A stretch of DNA of 63,673 nt, the filler included, from Chiloscyllium plagiosum (Eukaryota), in assembly GCF_004010195.1 (NCBI RefSeq). It is 4 parts of one record of this genome, joined end to end, with 100 filler letters (N's around TTAATTAATTAA, not from the genome) between each part and the next. Parts side by side here need not be neighbours in the genome. Positions count along the whole stretch, not along the records: positions 61,185 to 63,673 come from NC_057715.1; 3 more parts are not named here. One strand, 5' to 3'. This document shows, one piece after another, positions 62,338 to 63,673 of the stretch. Both the position numbers and the translations under genes were made by a program. Position 1 is the stretch's first letter; each line of letters opens with the position of its first letter. The notes under the pieces are model-generated. The model saw only the letters and a list, made by a program, of their open reading frames with translations. It did no database searches and was not told the DNA's origin.

Positions 62338-63673
62338 AGAACATAGAACATAGAATAATACAGCACAGAACAGACCCTTCGGCCCACGATGTTGTGCCGA
62401 ACATTTATCCTTGCTTAAGCACCCATCCATGTACCTATCCTATTGCTGCTTAAAGGTCACCAATGATTCTGACTCTGCCACTCCGACAGGCAGCCCATTC
62501 CGTGCCCCCACCACTCTCTGGGTAAAGAACCTACCTCTGACATCCCCCCTATACCTTCCACCCTTCACCTTAAATTTATGTCCCCTTGTAACACTCTGAT
62601 GTACCCGGGGAAAAAGTTTCTGACTGTTTACTCTATCTATTCCTCTGATCATCTAATAAATCTCCATCAAGTCACCCCTCAGCCTTCGCCGTTCCAATGA
62701 GAAAAGGCCTAGCACTCTCAACCTATCCTCGTACGACCTATTCTCCATTCCAGGCAACATCCTGCACCCTCTCCAAAGCTTCCACATCTTTCCTAAAGTG
62801 AGGCGACCAGAACTGCACACAGTACTCCAAATGTGACCTAACCAAGGTCCTGTATAGCTGCAACATCACTTCACGACTCTTGAATTCAACGCTAATACAC
62901 CATAGGCCTTCTTACAAGCTCTATCCACCTGAGTGGCAACTTTCAAAGATCTATGAACATAGACCCCAAGATCCCTCTGCTCCTCCACCTTATTATGAAC
63001 CCTACCGTTAACCCTGTGTTCCGCACTCTTATTTGTCCTTCCAAAATGGACAACCTCACACTTGACAGGGTTGAACTCCATCTGCCACTCCACAGCCTAG
63101 CTCTGCATCATATCTAAGTCTCTTTGCAGCCGACAACAGTCCTCCTCACTATCCACAACTCCACCTATCTTCGTATTATCTGCAAATTTACTGACCCTCC
63201 CTTCGACTCCCTCTTCCAAGTCATTAATAAAAATTACAAACAGCAGAGGACCCAGAACTACCCTGCGGAACTCCACTTGTAACTGGGCTCCAGGTTGAAT
63301 ATTTACCATCTACCACCACTCTCTGGCTTTGACTGGTTAGCCAGTTTTCTATCCAACTGGCCAAATTTCCCTCTATCCCATGCCTCCTGACTTTCCGCAT
63401 GGGGAACCTTATCAAATGCCTTACTAAAATCCACGTATACTACATCCACTGCTCTACCCTCATCCACATGCTTGGTCACCTCCTCAAAGAATTCAATAAG
63501 ACTTGTAAGGCAAGATCTACCCCTCACAAATCTGTGCTGGCTGTCCCTAATCAAGCAGTGTCTTTCCAGATACTTATAAATCCTATCCCTCAATACCCTT
63601 TCCATTACTTTGCCTACCACCGAAGTAAGACTAACTGGCCTGTAATTCTCGGGGTTATCCCTATTCCCTTTTT
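62338..63673 (-). mobile_element. CR1 LINE RT-to-3' end
   Basis: Encodes SQHRFVRGRSC, DFSKAFDKVPH, GVPQG and KFADNTK, with an (TTCTATG)n-like tail. Confidence 0.95.

Overview
This window is non-coding vertebrate DNA dominated by transposable elements. The repeat content points to a shark or other elasmobranch (inference): HE1-type tRNA-derived V-SINEs that share a 3' tail with CR1/HER1 LINEs, abundant CR1, Penelope-like elements (PLEs), L2, Rex/Babar, Tx1 and TA-flanked Tc1/mariner MITEs. I could not recognise any host protein-coding gene. Every ORF I could assign is a degraded TE protein (RT, APE endonuclease, CR1 ORF1 zinc finger/SGNH esterase, GIY-YIG), so this is probably a large intron or intergenic region. 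There are three 100-bp assembly gaps, each with a TTAATTAATTAA spacer. Best leads: (1) a 1.05-kb LTR-bounded block at 38407-39457 that splits one CR1 and reads as head-to-tail LTR-initiated, polyadenylated transcripts; (2) many minimal hammerhead-ribozyme motifs in PLE ends, including 100-200 bp non-coding inserts with their own 10-14 bp target-site duplications (TSDs) and fold-back copies that invert at the ribozyme; (3) a 46-bp monomer array at a CR1 5' end; (4) TE-free islands with a candidate micro or first exon, a POU/Sox motif cluster and a CTCF site. Boundaries of old repeats are approximate, read by eye.
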